From NCBI GenBank assembly GCA_043228905.1, contig JBHGNT010000014.1, positions 3,410,001 to 3,474,000 on the forward strand: a DNA stretch of 64,000 nucleotides, in the 5' to 3' direction. The stretch's first letter is position 1, and the number at the start of each line of letters is the position of its first letter. Positions 11,101 through 24,386 of this stretch are shown piece by piece. The position numbers were made by a program, and so were the translations under genes. The DNA is from Azolla caroliniana (lineage: Eukaryota; Plantae; Polypodiophyta). The notes below the pieces were generated by a model, which searched no databases, was not told the origin of the DNA, and saw nothing but the letters and a program-made list of their open reading frames with translations.

Positions 11101-14100
11101 CGTAGTGTAATTCGCACACTATGTGAAAATTGCATTTTTGTCCCTCCGGATGGAACCGGCAAGGAGGAACTGGTGAAGAAGAACCAGTGAGAACCAGATG
11201 AAGGATAGAATAGGCAAGGAGGAACCGGTGAGAACCAGATGAAGAGACAAATTTGTAAATAGAAGAAAAGATTGTTACATGCATAGGGTAGGATTCGAAG
11301 ATTTTTAAGCCTTACCGCTATACTAGCATATTATGAATTTTAAAGTTATACTAAACTTTATCCCATGTAAATATTCTAGATATGCATGGTACAAAAAGTT
11401 ATTCATGCATACACACTCGAGTTAAAAGAAAAGATGGGATAGAAAGCTAATCATGCACATGTAGTGTGCATGAAAACTAAAGTTAGGAAAAGCATGATGC
11501 TTGCATGTGATAAACTTAGACTCTTCCAACACTATATAAGGAAGAGAGAAATATGTATAGGTGTTGTTGATTTTTATAAGGTTTGAGTAATATAAAATAA
11601 TCGTGGGATTCACGATTTTGCCATCTATTTCTCTCTTACAATCTAAGTATCATTTAATACACTATACTCATGGAATTTCACAAGTTTCATATTTTCTTCT
11701 TGCAATCTCTTCCTAACTAACATTATCTCATATTCTTCTTTCTCCTAGTCCAAAACCCCAGCGGTTCCCACCCGACTCACGCAAATGATCCGGCGCCGAA
11801 AGGCACGACACCGTTTAATATAGTTTCTGTCTTCTCTGATCTTGGTATTCTGTCTATCAGTCTCTTGTCTCTCATCCTTCATTCTCTGTACACGATTGTG
11901 TAGCAGTAAGCATAGGGTAAGTGTGTGTTGCGTATCCATGTACAATCGGAGGCTTGGTTGTAGCCGTCTCCCTTACGACTTTGACCCCGCTCTACTGTGT
12001 AAAGTCCTTACGGTTCATGCTTACGCTTGCACCACGATCACCTTGAAACCTACCCCGAATGACTGCGGGTCCGAATGCTGATTTCTCTTCGGAGAGTGTT
12101 AACTGCACATCTTCTAACTTCTGTAGCACTTTCTCACAGTCACGAATATGGTCGACTACAAACTTTCGACATCCCCTATCATCCATATTCTCATCCTTTT
12201 CTTCTACTCAATTTCCTTTCATCGGAATGTCATCTAGGAACGACATTGTTATCTCCGGAATTGTTAGGGGCATGACCATATAATATCCCATGGTGAGAAT
12301 TTACCGTAGTATTCTATACACGTGGATAAGTGTGAGGGTTAAACGAGAGTGTGAAGAAGGGGAGGATTACTTTTGGCGGCTCCGTGAGGCTCAACCATGA
12401 ATGTTCGGGTCATGAATAGTTTATACACGAAAAAAATGTTAATAATAAACTATGTTTCCATGCCCACGTATGTGGTTTCGGCTCTTTAAGTCCTATTACG
12501 AGGACCCTGAAGTGCACTTAGACCTAAATTCTAGACATGTATACATGTATTATAGTCATATGTATCAACAATGTTGTATGGTCTTGGCCATATTTGAACT
12601 CGAGACCTCGAGAACAAATGCATTAAACACTGGAGCTAACCAAATAGGTTACTCATGTTGAATGTTTAACGTTTTACGCGTATAAGAGATATGTGAGGCA
12701 TTTGCCCATATATATATATTTTAAAAGAAACATATATGTTAAGAGTCCTTATTTTCCCCTCATTTACCACAAACTATGTTGGTACGTTACCTAACCTCAA
12801 GTCTCATAATTACGATCGCATACGCCAAAGTGCAACCTAATGGTCACGCCAAGTGAGCCCTCTTTTCGTAATAGGCCCACGTGGCCCATCACATGGTTAC
12901 GTCATTACGAATGCCTTTCGTAAGAATGATCTCATGGTGGCATCGTATCCATGTAATGAGGGAGGGATGTTGGATATGTGTGTCATAGGAGTGACCTCAC
13001 ATGAAGTGGGTCAAGCCCTACATTCTCAACATCATTGTGGCTATGATCATTTCATTACGTAACGAAATCGAACTGACCAATGGGGATGTCAACAAAAAAT
13101 AATTGTTGAAAAAGGATGGTGACTACGCCATTCTCACAAAAATGTGAGGACGGCCACCAAGATCCTTTCCCCAAAAGGACAACATTCGATATAGAAATCA
13201 CGTAATAACTAATATACACATATGTATATTTATCACATATATACGATCAAATAGGTAATATCAAATAGGCAACAAAGATGTAATTGAGGCATATAACCTC
13301 TACGCACATGAAACATCCAAAAATAAGGGTTAATCGTAATACGTAATTGAGTTGTTGACCTCTTACGCATGCGTAACATATGTATGTGAACGTAATACGC
13401 AATTGAGGTATTAAGCTCGTATGCATACGACACAAATCACATATCAAATATATGTCAAATGAGGTATTGATCTCATACACATATGAATACGTTTTATACA
13501 ACCAATCAATTACCACTACAATATCATTGAATCAATAAAGAAAAAACATATTGACTATACATGATTAGATTGGGAGAAGAAAGAATAGAAAAAAAACAAG
13601 AAAGAGTTACCGAAGTTTCTTTGTTGATCTCTATCTAGATCAAGGTCGACTGCACGTCGATCGATCAACATCCATCAAGAAGACAACAAAAACCAAGAAA
13701 AGAAACATTAGAAACATAAGCTCTGATACCAATTGTTAGAGTGATGATCTAATGTAAGCATATTGTTGAGTGGCAAGCTCAACCGGATCCGGATTGGCTG
13801 AATAAGCTTGAGCCGGATCGACATCTGGAAGGATGAGCTGGATCGGTGAGCCGGTGAGCAAGTGAGCAAGTGAGCTGAGGAGTCGGTTAGCCGGATCAAG
13901 CAGTAATCGGAAGCCTAGTAGCAGCCTAGAATACTAGGTAGTTAGTGTCTCGTAGTTAGTGTCAAACACTCGTGTGAGCATTGAAGTACACTATACTTCT
14001 GTCAATCCACTTAGGACTTGTATGAATAGTGTTGTTGAGCACGTTGGATGTACAAAGCTTGAGTGTTAATTTTTTGAATAGAGTTTTATGTTCTACTCTT

Positions 14101-14291
14101 TCTTTGTCTCTCCCGTGTACTATGTATATTCAAGCTGTCCATTAAACCTGCGTTTCTGTTTTCGGTTTTCTATTACTTCCGCATGCTATTCTTTTTACAT
14201 GGTATCAGAGCGTGAGGGTTGAGAACCTCTGCAGTCGACATCAGCATCTGAAGACAAACCCTAAGACCCAGTAAGAACAAAAAGAGAAGTG

Positions 14292-17200
14292 ATGGACAGA
14301 GGAATGGTTAGGTCGCTCCTAGTGGAGAAGCTCGACAGATCCAACTACGCATCTTGGTCTTACAAGATGCACTAGTACCTGCTTGGGCATGGTTATTGGA
14401 GCTATGTTGACGGAGCTAACGACACAACACCTTATGCGCCACACAAGGACTTCCCAGTGTGGGAACAAGCGACAAGCAGAGTGATATACTGCTTTGCGTC
14501 CAGTGTCGGAGACAAGCTGCTGAACCATGTCCGAGATGCCAAGACACCAAAAGAAGCTTGGGGAAACCTGAAGAAGGTTTTCACGGCAAGCACTACAACC
14601 CGGAAGCTGCAACTCCGACAAGTGCTCAGTCTGACTGAAGGACATGTCGGTCGCCGATTACACGGCCCGAATCAAAGAGATCTGTGACTAACTTGCCTCT
14701 ACGAACATCACTGTAGAGGAAGATGAGATGGTGCAGATCTGTCTTGGGGGCCTAACATCTAAGTTCAGAGCGTTTCGAACGGCGGTATGTACAAGGGAGA
14801 ATACGCCGTCATTTTTCGACTTACAATCGATGCTCCTTGTAGAGGAGAACCACGCCGGTGCATCAAAAAGTGCACCCACCGACAGTTGGATGTTGTACAC
14901 GAAGGTGGATCGGCCCCGTGGGCGTGGTGGATGAGGCAGGTCGGGTTGCAATAGTAGCGGTCGGCAAGAGTAGGACCGAAGGCACAGAGAACGTGCTGAC
15001 AGCAGTTCCGGACCCTCCACAAGCTGGGGGAGTCAAGGCGGCGCCAAAGGCCGGCAAGCAAAGGCCAACATAGAATGCTGGTACTGTGGTAAAAAGGACC
15101 ACAGAGAAAGCGAGTGTTGGAAGAAGTGCGCCGATTTGGACAGATCCGGATCCGGCAAGGCCGGCAGAGAGAACCGTCAATACTCGCACTACGCAGAAGG
15201 ATCGGGAGGATCCAAAACCAGAAAAGACGGTAACGGGCCAACCTCGGTGATGAAACACGACACTAACTCGATGAAGAAGACCACTTCCAAATTGGAGGAA
15301 GTGTGGTACATTGGTTCCGGTGCGTCGAATCACATGACGAGCCAGAAAGAGTGGTTCTCTTTCTTGGAGAAACCGGAACAACCGGGAGTCGTCGAAACTG
15401 GAGACGACACTCCTCACCCAATCGTGCATGTCGGAGAAGTCCCTTTGAGCCACGTCGGACAGAGGGGGAAGCTGATGAACGTGTTACACGTTCCAACCAT
15501 CACAAAGAACCTGGTGTCAGTCGGTTAGATCATTGACCAAGGGATGCAATTGCGGTTTACGCACCTTGGGTGCCTCATTGAGGAAGAGGGCCAGATTATT
15601 GCGCAAGGGCATAGAGATGGGAGGATGTTCATCCTCAACACCAATGATGTCGGCACCGCTTTGTTTGCCAAAGGACAGAAGATTGAATTGAATATTGATC
15701 TCTAGCACAAGCGGATCGGCCACATCAACTACCAGAGGCTTCAAGATCTGCAAACGAAACAAGTTGTTTTCGGTTTGCCGAAGTTTAGTGGTCGAAAGGT
15801 CCAAATATGTGAAGCCTGCCAACTCGGGAAGCAACACCAACTTCCATTCCCTACCGAACGAAACCGTAGCCGTAACAAGCTCGACCTTATTCATTCGGAT
15901 GTATGGGGACCGGCACAGAATGTTAGTCTTGGCGGGAGTCGATATTTCGTCTCCTTCATCGACGACTACAACCGGCACACATGGATCTACCTCATTGAGC
16001 AGAAGAGCGAAATCTTTGAGTGTTTCCAGAACCTGCAAAGACTGGTTGAACAGGAAACGGAGAGGAAGATCAAGTGCATGCGGTTGGATGACGGGAAATA
16101 ATACTTTTCTGGCCAATTCAACAATTATCTGCAATAGAACGGAATTCGGAGAGAATTCAGCTGCAGGTACACACCGGAGCAAAACTGTGTGGCTGAAAGG
16201 AAGAACCGGTCGATTGTCGACGCGGCAAGGGCAATGCTAGAGCAGAAGAGCATGCCCCATTTCTACTGGGCGGAGGCGGTCCAGACGGCCATCTACATCT
16301 AAAACCGGATCGGTGACAAGGTGTCCGCGCATGAGATGTATTTCGGACGTAAGCCGAATTTGAGACACCTTCGGATATTCGATAGCATTGCATATGTGCA
16401 TGTGCCGGATGAAAAGCGGAGGAAGTTGGATGCAAAGTCGGAGAAATGCATCCTGGTCGGTTACTCGCATGAGCAAAAGGGGTATAAGTGTTATAACCCC
16501 CGAACTAGGCAGGTCCGAGTTAGCCGGGATGTTGAGTTTGATGAGACGACATCATGGTATGCCTTACCGGCTCCAACTTCTGACCTCGACCCGATACTGG
16601 AGGATGAGGCTAGTGAGCCTGAACCGGTCCAGTTAGAAGATGAAGACCTCGGCACTCTAGAAGAGAGTCCGATCTCATTTCGGTTAAGTGGACCGAATGA
16701 GCGGCTGAGTCGGGATGACTAGGCGGATGAGGAACCGACGAGTAATGGAGACTCTGTTGTGCTCTCCCCGTGCAAGGAACCGAGGAAACGGTTCATGCAC
16801 ATAGAGAAGGGGAAGAAGAAGATGTCGGAATACGAAACCGGCAATGTTGAGTCGGATTGGAGCAAATCCATTTCCGAAAAAGAAGAAGGCGGATCTTCGG
16901 CAACGAAGACCGAACTAGCCAAAAAGGGCCTCAAACCGGGTAACGATAAGTTACGTTGGTCTTTCCAATCGGAGATGAACAAGTTGGCAGTATGCCGGTT
17001 GAAGAAGCCACTTTATGACCTGAAGCAAGCCCCCGAGCTTGGAATGCGAAGATCACACACCGGTTGCGTAAGATGGGGTTTGCGGCCTCCAAGTCCGACT
17101 CTTCATTGTGCATCTGGCAAGGTCCGGACGGTCCGGTTTGCATCTTGTTGTATGTTGATGATCTAGTCATCACCAGACCCGGACTCGATGAAATTAGCCG

Positions 17201-18094
17201 AGTCAAGTCCCACCTGTCGGACGCATTTGAGATGAAGGACCTGGGGGACCTTCACTATTTCCTTGGGATCGAGATGATCCGAACCCCCGATGGCATATTG
17301 CTCTCACAAAGATACTATGTGTTGAATAAGTTCGGCATGACGGAATGTCGACCGATCTCCACACCCCTGGACCGGAACCAGAAGCTCTGTCCCGACTCCG
17401 GACCGGCCTGCGATGAGAAGCGGTTCCGACAAATCGTCGGAAGCCTTATATATTTGACAATCACCTGACCCGACATCAGTTATCTAGTCGGCGTGATCAA
17501 CCAATATATGCAGAAGCCGACCGTGGAGCACCTTCTGTGCGCGCATCGAATTTTGCGATATGTGAGCAGCACAAAGGACCGGGGACTATTATATCGGCAT
17601 GGTATAACTGACGAGCTAGTCGGCTACACCGATGCTGACTGGGCCGGCAATGCATCGGATCGCCGATCCACCTCCGTCTATATGTTTTCCCTTGGCAGCG
17701 CGGTTGTTGCGTGGAGCAGCAAAAAGCAGCCAACAGTGGCCCTTTCGAGCACTGAGGCTGAATACCAGGGCGCTACCGTTGCCAGCTATGAAGCCATTTG
17801 GCTTCGCCGACTGCTGCAAGACCTGCAGATCGAGGTACCGACCCCGATCTTGATCTACTGCGACAACATAAGCAGCATGTTGCTCGCCAAGAACCCCGTA
17901 TTCCATGCTCGCACAAAGCACATAGAAGTGCACTACCACTTCGTCGTGAGCGTGTCCTGAGCGGTGAAGTCGAACTTCGGTATGTTCATACGGATTGGCA
18001 AGTTGCCGACATCTTCACCAAACCGCTTGGATCAGACAAGTTGCAGCACTTCACCGAAATGCTTGGTGTTCAGCATCTCGATGTGCCACACTTT
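14292..18094 (+). pseudogene. Copia B gag-pol, decayed with an internal RT deletion
   Basis: Gag, protease (WYIGSGASNHM), integrase (HSDVWGP), RT (LYVDD), RNaseH (YTDADWAG, CDN, HARTKHI); many stops and frameshifts. Confidence 0.9.
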
Positions 18095-18493
18095 TGTTAG
18101 GAAACAGGTCCCTCCGGATGGGAAGTGAGAAGAACAGTGTTGAAACCGGATCACGATTACCTGGCTACGGAAGAACCGGTGAGAACCGGATGACGAGTAC
18201 CTGGCAAGAGCCGGATGGTGAAGACCCGGTGAGAACCGGATGTGGAGTACCCGGCTACAGAAGACCCGGTGGGAACCATATGACGTGTGCCCGGCAAGTG
18301 CCGGATGATGCATGCCCGGTGAGGAGTGCTCACCGGATGAAGGGACATATTTGTAAATATGTTTCTGAGAGTCCATCGGGGCTATATTTGTAAATAGCCG
18401 AAAAGTCATATTAGTATAAATATGACTTAGGGCAAACTTAGTACGTGTTGTTGTCATTCTTGTTGGTGCAAGACTATAGAGCGCGTAATAGTG

Positions 18494-18527
<34 letters not shown>

Positions 18528-18831
18528 GAGGTCGTTGCCTCTGTTGTAACCGCCGCCTGTGGCGAAGATCGTGAGCACGAGGTCGTTGCCTCCGTGAGCT
18601 CACTGTTGTAATCATTGTGATATAGTGATAGTTTGAAGTTTGTGGACTCCCGTGGTTTTTCCCTCTCAGGGTTTTCCACGTTAAACATCCTGTGTACTCT
18701 TCTCTCCTTTGTGTCGTGCGTTCATTATCCATTTCCTGTGTTTGATTTTAGACTCGGTTGTGGCCGAGCGTTGTTCATCGGGAGCGTGTAGTTCCTGACA
18801 AAGTGGTATCAGAGCAAGGCAACACAGAAAA

Positions 18832-21526
18832 ATGGACGATTCGTTGGGAGGCATGTTCAAGCTCACCGGCTCCAACTATTTAGTGTGGAAGTCGAAGATA
18901 AGGGACATGCTCGTGGTTAAAGAACTTTGGTTGCCAATTCACTTCGGGGACAAGAGACCGAACAAAATCGACGCCGCAATATGGGAGGTGATGCACATGA
19001 AGACAACGGCGTACATACGGTGCTTCATCGACATGAGTCTATACAACAACTTCAATGAAGAGAGCAAGGCTCATGAGCTCTGAGAGAAGATCGGCATTAT
19101 GTTTCAAAACAAAAATGTTGTCAATCAGGTTTCGGTATTTCGGAAGCTAGTAAGACTCCAGTACCAAGATGGCTCCAGCATGGCGGAGCACATGAATGCC
19201 TTCCAGGGGCTGATCCACCAGGCAACATCATTGGAAGTACCTCTTGCCGATGAGGTACTAGCACTACTCATGCTCGGTTTCCTCCCAAATAGCTAGGAGA
19301 CGTTGGTTGTCTCCTTGGGCAACGCCGGGCCGGAAGGGAAACAGTTATCCCTAGCAAGAGTGAAGTCAATCTTGCTAAATGAGGAGGCGCGTCAGAAAGA
19401 TAAGGATACGAGCTCCGACTCCAAAGCACTCCTTACCGAATCGGAACGCGGAAGACAAAGGAACCGTAGTCCCCAGAACTGGGAAAAGTCTGGGACACGG
19501 TCAAAGTCAAGGGGGAGGCCTACTTGCTTCTATTGCGACAAGCCGAGACACTTCCAGAAGAACTGTCAGCATTTCCGAAAAGACAAGGAAATCGCGGCAA
19601 TCGCGGCAAGTGAAGAAGAGTTGATGCTCATCACTGGGGAGAGTGAGATAAACCTTGTCGGCAACGAGATGACCTGGGTGGTCGACTCCGGAGCGTCGTT
19701 CCACCTTACCCCGGACCAGAAATGCTTCTCATCCTACTCAACCGGTGATCATGGCCGTGTCCGGATGGGGAATGAAGGAACATGCCAAATTGTCGGCATA
19801 GGAGACGTGTGGTTGACAACACCAATCGGATGCAAGCTGCTACTGAAGGATGTCCGACACGTTCCGGAGGTTCGTCTGAACCTGATATTAGTTGGTTGGC
19901 TAGATGATGAAGGCTACACGGGTAGCATCCGGAACGGTGTTATGAAGTTCACCAAAGGGAGCCTGATTGTGGCTCGGGCCCGGAAGGTCAACACGTTGTA
20001 CCTGATGAATGCTCGGTTATGTCCAGAGGAAGTGAACGTGGCATCCGACAATACCGGTGAGTTGTGGCACAAAAGGCTGTGTCACATGAGCGAGAAGGGG
20101 ATGAAGAGGCTTGCAGACGACAACCTCATTCCAATAAAGAAATTGCACTTGGAGAACTGCACTGATTCTTTGGCCAGTAAGCAAAACCGGACCTCCTTCC
20201 GAACAAGGCCACCGATGAGACGTAATGCACCACTGTAGTTGGTGCATACTGATGTGTGTCAAGTGGACACGAAGTCACATGCAGGAGCGCAGTATTTCGT
20301 GACGTTCATAGATGACCACAGCCGGAAGCTGTGGGCCACACCATTCAAGACGAAGGATCAGGTGCTATCCGTCTTCAAAGAGCTCCACGTGAGAGTGCAA
20401 AGAGAAACCGGCCGGAAGCTGAAGGCGATTCAAGCAGATAACGGAGGTGAATACCGGGGGCAGTTCGAGGAGTACTGTCGCTCGAAGGGAATCTGGCTCG
20501 AATTTACCGTCCCAAAGACTCCGGAACTAAACGGGTTGGCCGAGAGGATGAACTGGACAATAATGGAGAGGGTCTATAGTATGCTGGCACATGCAAAACT
20601 ACCCAAGAAGTTTTGGGCTGAGGCACTTTCGACGGCGACATATGTGATAAACAGATCACCCTCAGTACCCTTGGACGAAGACACGCCGCAGAGTGTATGG
20701 ACCGGTAAGGAAGCCGAACCGACAGAAGAAGAAGTAGAGGAAGCTGAAACCGGAACCGACCAAGACCCCGAATCGGATTCGGATGAAGAGCGAGTGGAGG
20801 TCCCGGTTACCGAAGCCCAAAGACGGAGATATCCTCTCAGAGAGAGAAGGGCCCCCCGGAGATTTCCGGATGCAGAGCATGTGCTGCTAACCGATGAGGG
20901 GGAGCCAGAAAGCTTCGAAGAAGCAAAGGATGATACCCACAACCGAAAATAGTTAAGTGCCTTGCAGGATGAGATGGATTCCTTGCATGAGAACCATACG
21001 TATGAATTGGTGGAGTTGCCGAAAGGAAAGCAGGCACTCCGAAACAAGTGGGTGTACAAGTTGAAACCAGGAGATGTCGGCAACCCCTCGAGATACAAAG
21101 CCAGGATCGTGGTGAAGGGGTGTTCCAGCAGAAGAAGGGCGTGGACTTCGACGAGATATTTGCCCCGGTAGTAAAGATGACCTCCATCCGGACGGTGTTG
21201 AGTATAGCGGCAAGCATGGACCTCGAGGTAGAGCAGCTAGACGTGAAGACGACATTCCTTCACGGTGACCTCGAAGAGGAGATCTACATGCAGCAACCGG
21301 AAGGATTCGTGGAGAAAGGGATGGAGCACCTGGTATGCCGGTTGAAGAAGAGCCTATACGGAATGAAGTAGGCTCCCCGACAATGGTACCGGAAGTTCGA
21401 CTCCTTCATGACCGATCAAGGGTACTACAAGACGCAGGCCGATCACTGCGTGTTTGTGAAGAAGTTTGAAGGAGGCAACTTCCTGATACTCCTGTTGTAC
21501 GTGGACGACATGTTGATCGTCGGACG
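18832..21526 (+). pseudogene. Copia D gag-pol, decayed with a deletion at ~20710
   Basis: CFYCDKPRH, VVDSGASFH, HTDVC, DNGGEY and YVDD motifs. Confidence 0.88.
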
Positions 21527-21547
21527 TGTTAGGAAACAGGTCCCTTC

Positions 21548-21900
21548 GGATGGTGTAGACCTGGTGAGAACCGGATGAAGAGTACCCGGCTACGGAGAGC
21601 CGGATGGTGCAGACCCGGTGAGAACCGGATGAAGAGTACCCAGCTGCGGAGAGCCGGATGGTGCAGACCCGGTGAGAACCGGATGAAGAGTACCCGGCTA
21701 CGGAGAGCCGGATGGTGCAGATCCGATGAGAACCGGATGAAGAGTACCCGGTTACCGAGAGCCGGATGGTGCAGACCAGGTGAGAACCGGATGAAGAGTA
21801 CCCGTCTACGGAGAGCCGGATGTTGCAGACCCGGTGAGAACCGGATGACGAGTACCCAGCAAGCGCCTGATGATGCAGGCCCGGTGAAGAGCGCTCACCG
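21548..21900 (+). repeat. 54-bp tandem repeat (~6 copies) in U3 of the E LTR
   Basis: Unit CGGATGGTGCAGACCCGGTGAGAACCGGATGAAGAGTACCCGGCTACGGAGAGC; related units occur in the D and F LTRs. Confidence 0.85.
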
Positions 21901-24386
21901 GATGAAGGCACATATTCGTAAATATGTTTTTGAGAGTCCATCAGGGCTATATGTGTAAATAGCCGAAAGGTCATATTAGTATAAATATGACTTAGGGCAA
22001 ACTTGTCTGAAAAGTTGTTATTATTGTTGGCGCAAGATTAGAGCGCGCAACTGTTTACAGAGAGAGTTAGAGAGAGGAAGATGGTTGTTGCCTCTATTGT
22101 AACCGCCGCCTATGGCGAAGATAGAAAGCTCGAGGTCGTTGCCTCAGTGCTTTACCATTTTGTACATTCTGACATAATGATAGTTTGCAGTCTGTGGGCT
22201 GCCGTGGTTTTTCCTGTATTTGAGTTTTCCACGTAAACACCCTGTGTACTCTTCTCCTTTTGTGTCGTGCATCCATTCCCCATTTTTCTCTGTGTTTTAT
22301 GATTCTAAACTCGGTTGTGGCCAAGCGTTGTTCATTGGGAGCGTGTAGTTCTTGTCAAAGTGGTATCAGAGCGAAACGACACAGAAAATGGACGATTCAA
22401 TGGGAGGCATGTTCAAGCTCACCGGCTCCAACTATTCGGTGTGGAAGTCGAAGATGAGGGACATGCTCGTGGTTAAAGATCTTTGGTTGCTGGTTCAGTT
22501 CGGGGACAAGAGACCGGACAAAATTGACGCCACGATATGGGAGGTGATGCACATGAAGACAACGGCGTACATACGGTGCTTCATCGACATGCGGCTATAC
22601 AACAACTTCAATGAAGAGAGCAAGGCTCATGAGCTCTGAGAGAAGATCGGCATTATGTTTCAAAACAAAAATGTTGTTAATCAGGTTTCGGTATTACGGA
22701 AGCTAGTAAGACTCCAGTACCAAGATGGCTCCAGCATGGCAGAGCACATGAATGCCTTCTAGGGGCTGATCCATTAGGCAACATCATTGGAAGTACCTCT
22801 CGCCGATGAGGTACTAGCGCTACTCCTGCTCGGTTCCCTCCCAGATAGCTGGGAGACATTGGTTGTCACATTGGGCAACGTCGGGCCGGAAGGGAAACGG
22901 TTATCCCTAGCAAGAGTAAAGTCGAGCTTGCTAGATGAGGAGGCGCGTCGGAAAGATAAGGATACGAGCTCCGACTCCAAAGCGCTCCTTACCGAATCGG
23001 AACGCGGAAGACATAGAAACCGTAGTCCCCAGAACCAGGAAAAGTCGAGGTCACGGTCAAAGTCAAGAGGGAGGCCTACTTGCTTCTATTGCGGCAAGCC
23101 GGGACACTTCTAGAAGAATTGTCGGCATTTCCGTAAAGACAAGGAAACCGACGGTACCGATTCGAAGCGGACACCGGACCGGAATGGTAAAGTCCGAAGG
23201 GGAACGGACCAGAAGGGAACGACGGCAATCGCGGCAAGTGAAAAAGAGTTGATGCTCATCACTGAGGAGAGTGAGATAAACCTTGCCGGCGACGAGATGA
23301 CCTGGGTGGTCGACTCCGGAGCGTCGTTCCACCTTACCCCGAACCGGAAATGCTTCTCATCCTACTCAGTCGGTGATCACGGTTGTGTCCGGATGGGGAA
23401 TGAAGGTACATGCCGAATTTTCGGCATAGGAGACGTGTGACTGACAACACCAACCGGATGCAAGATGTTGTTGAAGGATGTCCGACACGTTCCGGAGGTT
23501 CGTAATATCAGTCGGTCGGCTAGATGATGAAGGCTACACGGGTAGCATCCGGAACGGTGTTATGAAGTTCACGAAAGGGAGCCTGATTGTGGCTCGGGCC
23601 TAGAAGGTAAACACCCTGTACTTGATGAATGCCTGGTTATGTCCAGAGGAAGTGAGCCTGGCATCTGACACTGCCGGTGAGCTGTGACACAAAAGGCTGT
23701 GTCACATGAGTGAGAAGGGGATGAAGAGGCTTGCAAATGACAACCTCATTCCAGTGAAGAACGTGCACTTAGAGAAGTGCACTGACTGTCTGGCCGGTAA
23801 GCAAAAACCGAACCTCCTTCCGACCAAGGCCACCGATGAGACGTAATGCACCACTGGAGTTGGTGTATACTGATGTGTGTCAAGTGGACACGAAGTCACA
23901 TGCAGGATCGCAGTACTTCGTAACGTTCATAGATGACCACAACCGGATGTTGTATGCCTGGCCGGACTAGCCTCAACACAGGTGTCTATCCGACACTTCT
24001 CCAAAGGGGTGGTAAGGATTGGATACTAGGTTACACGCGTAAGATGATTACACTAAGCACTGACGGTAAAACAATACAAAGACAAAGATAAACACGCAAT
24101 AAGTATATTTGTATTACTTCCGTAAAGCATTTACAAATCATTGGATCCTTTTATAGGCATCCGGCAAGGTTACAATCGGTGCGCTTAGGCAACCGGCATC
24201 CGAATCGGTCCGGATCCGGATCGGTACCACTGTACCGGATCCGTCCCTCCGAATAATAAATATACTATTATTTACTTCCTATTATCCGATCCGACTCCGC
24301 CTTCCCACTTGTCCTTGCTCTTCTGACCGGCCAACACATGGCACGCCCGTGGGAAAGTGCCTTGCACTTCGAACCCACTCCCGGCC

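Noticed and set aside
11140-11280. Short LTR-like fragment with GAACCGGTGAGAACC repeats
   Set aside because: It resembles D-family U3, but no boundaries or TSD could be defined.
24339-24378. A functional tRNA gene
   Set aside because: Only a 3' half with an interrupted T-loop and encoded CCA is present; it is treated as a retroelement cis signal instead.
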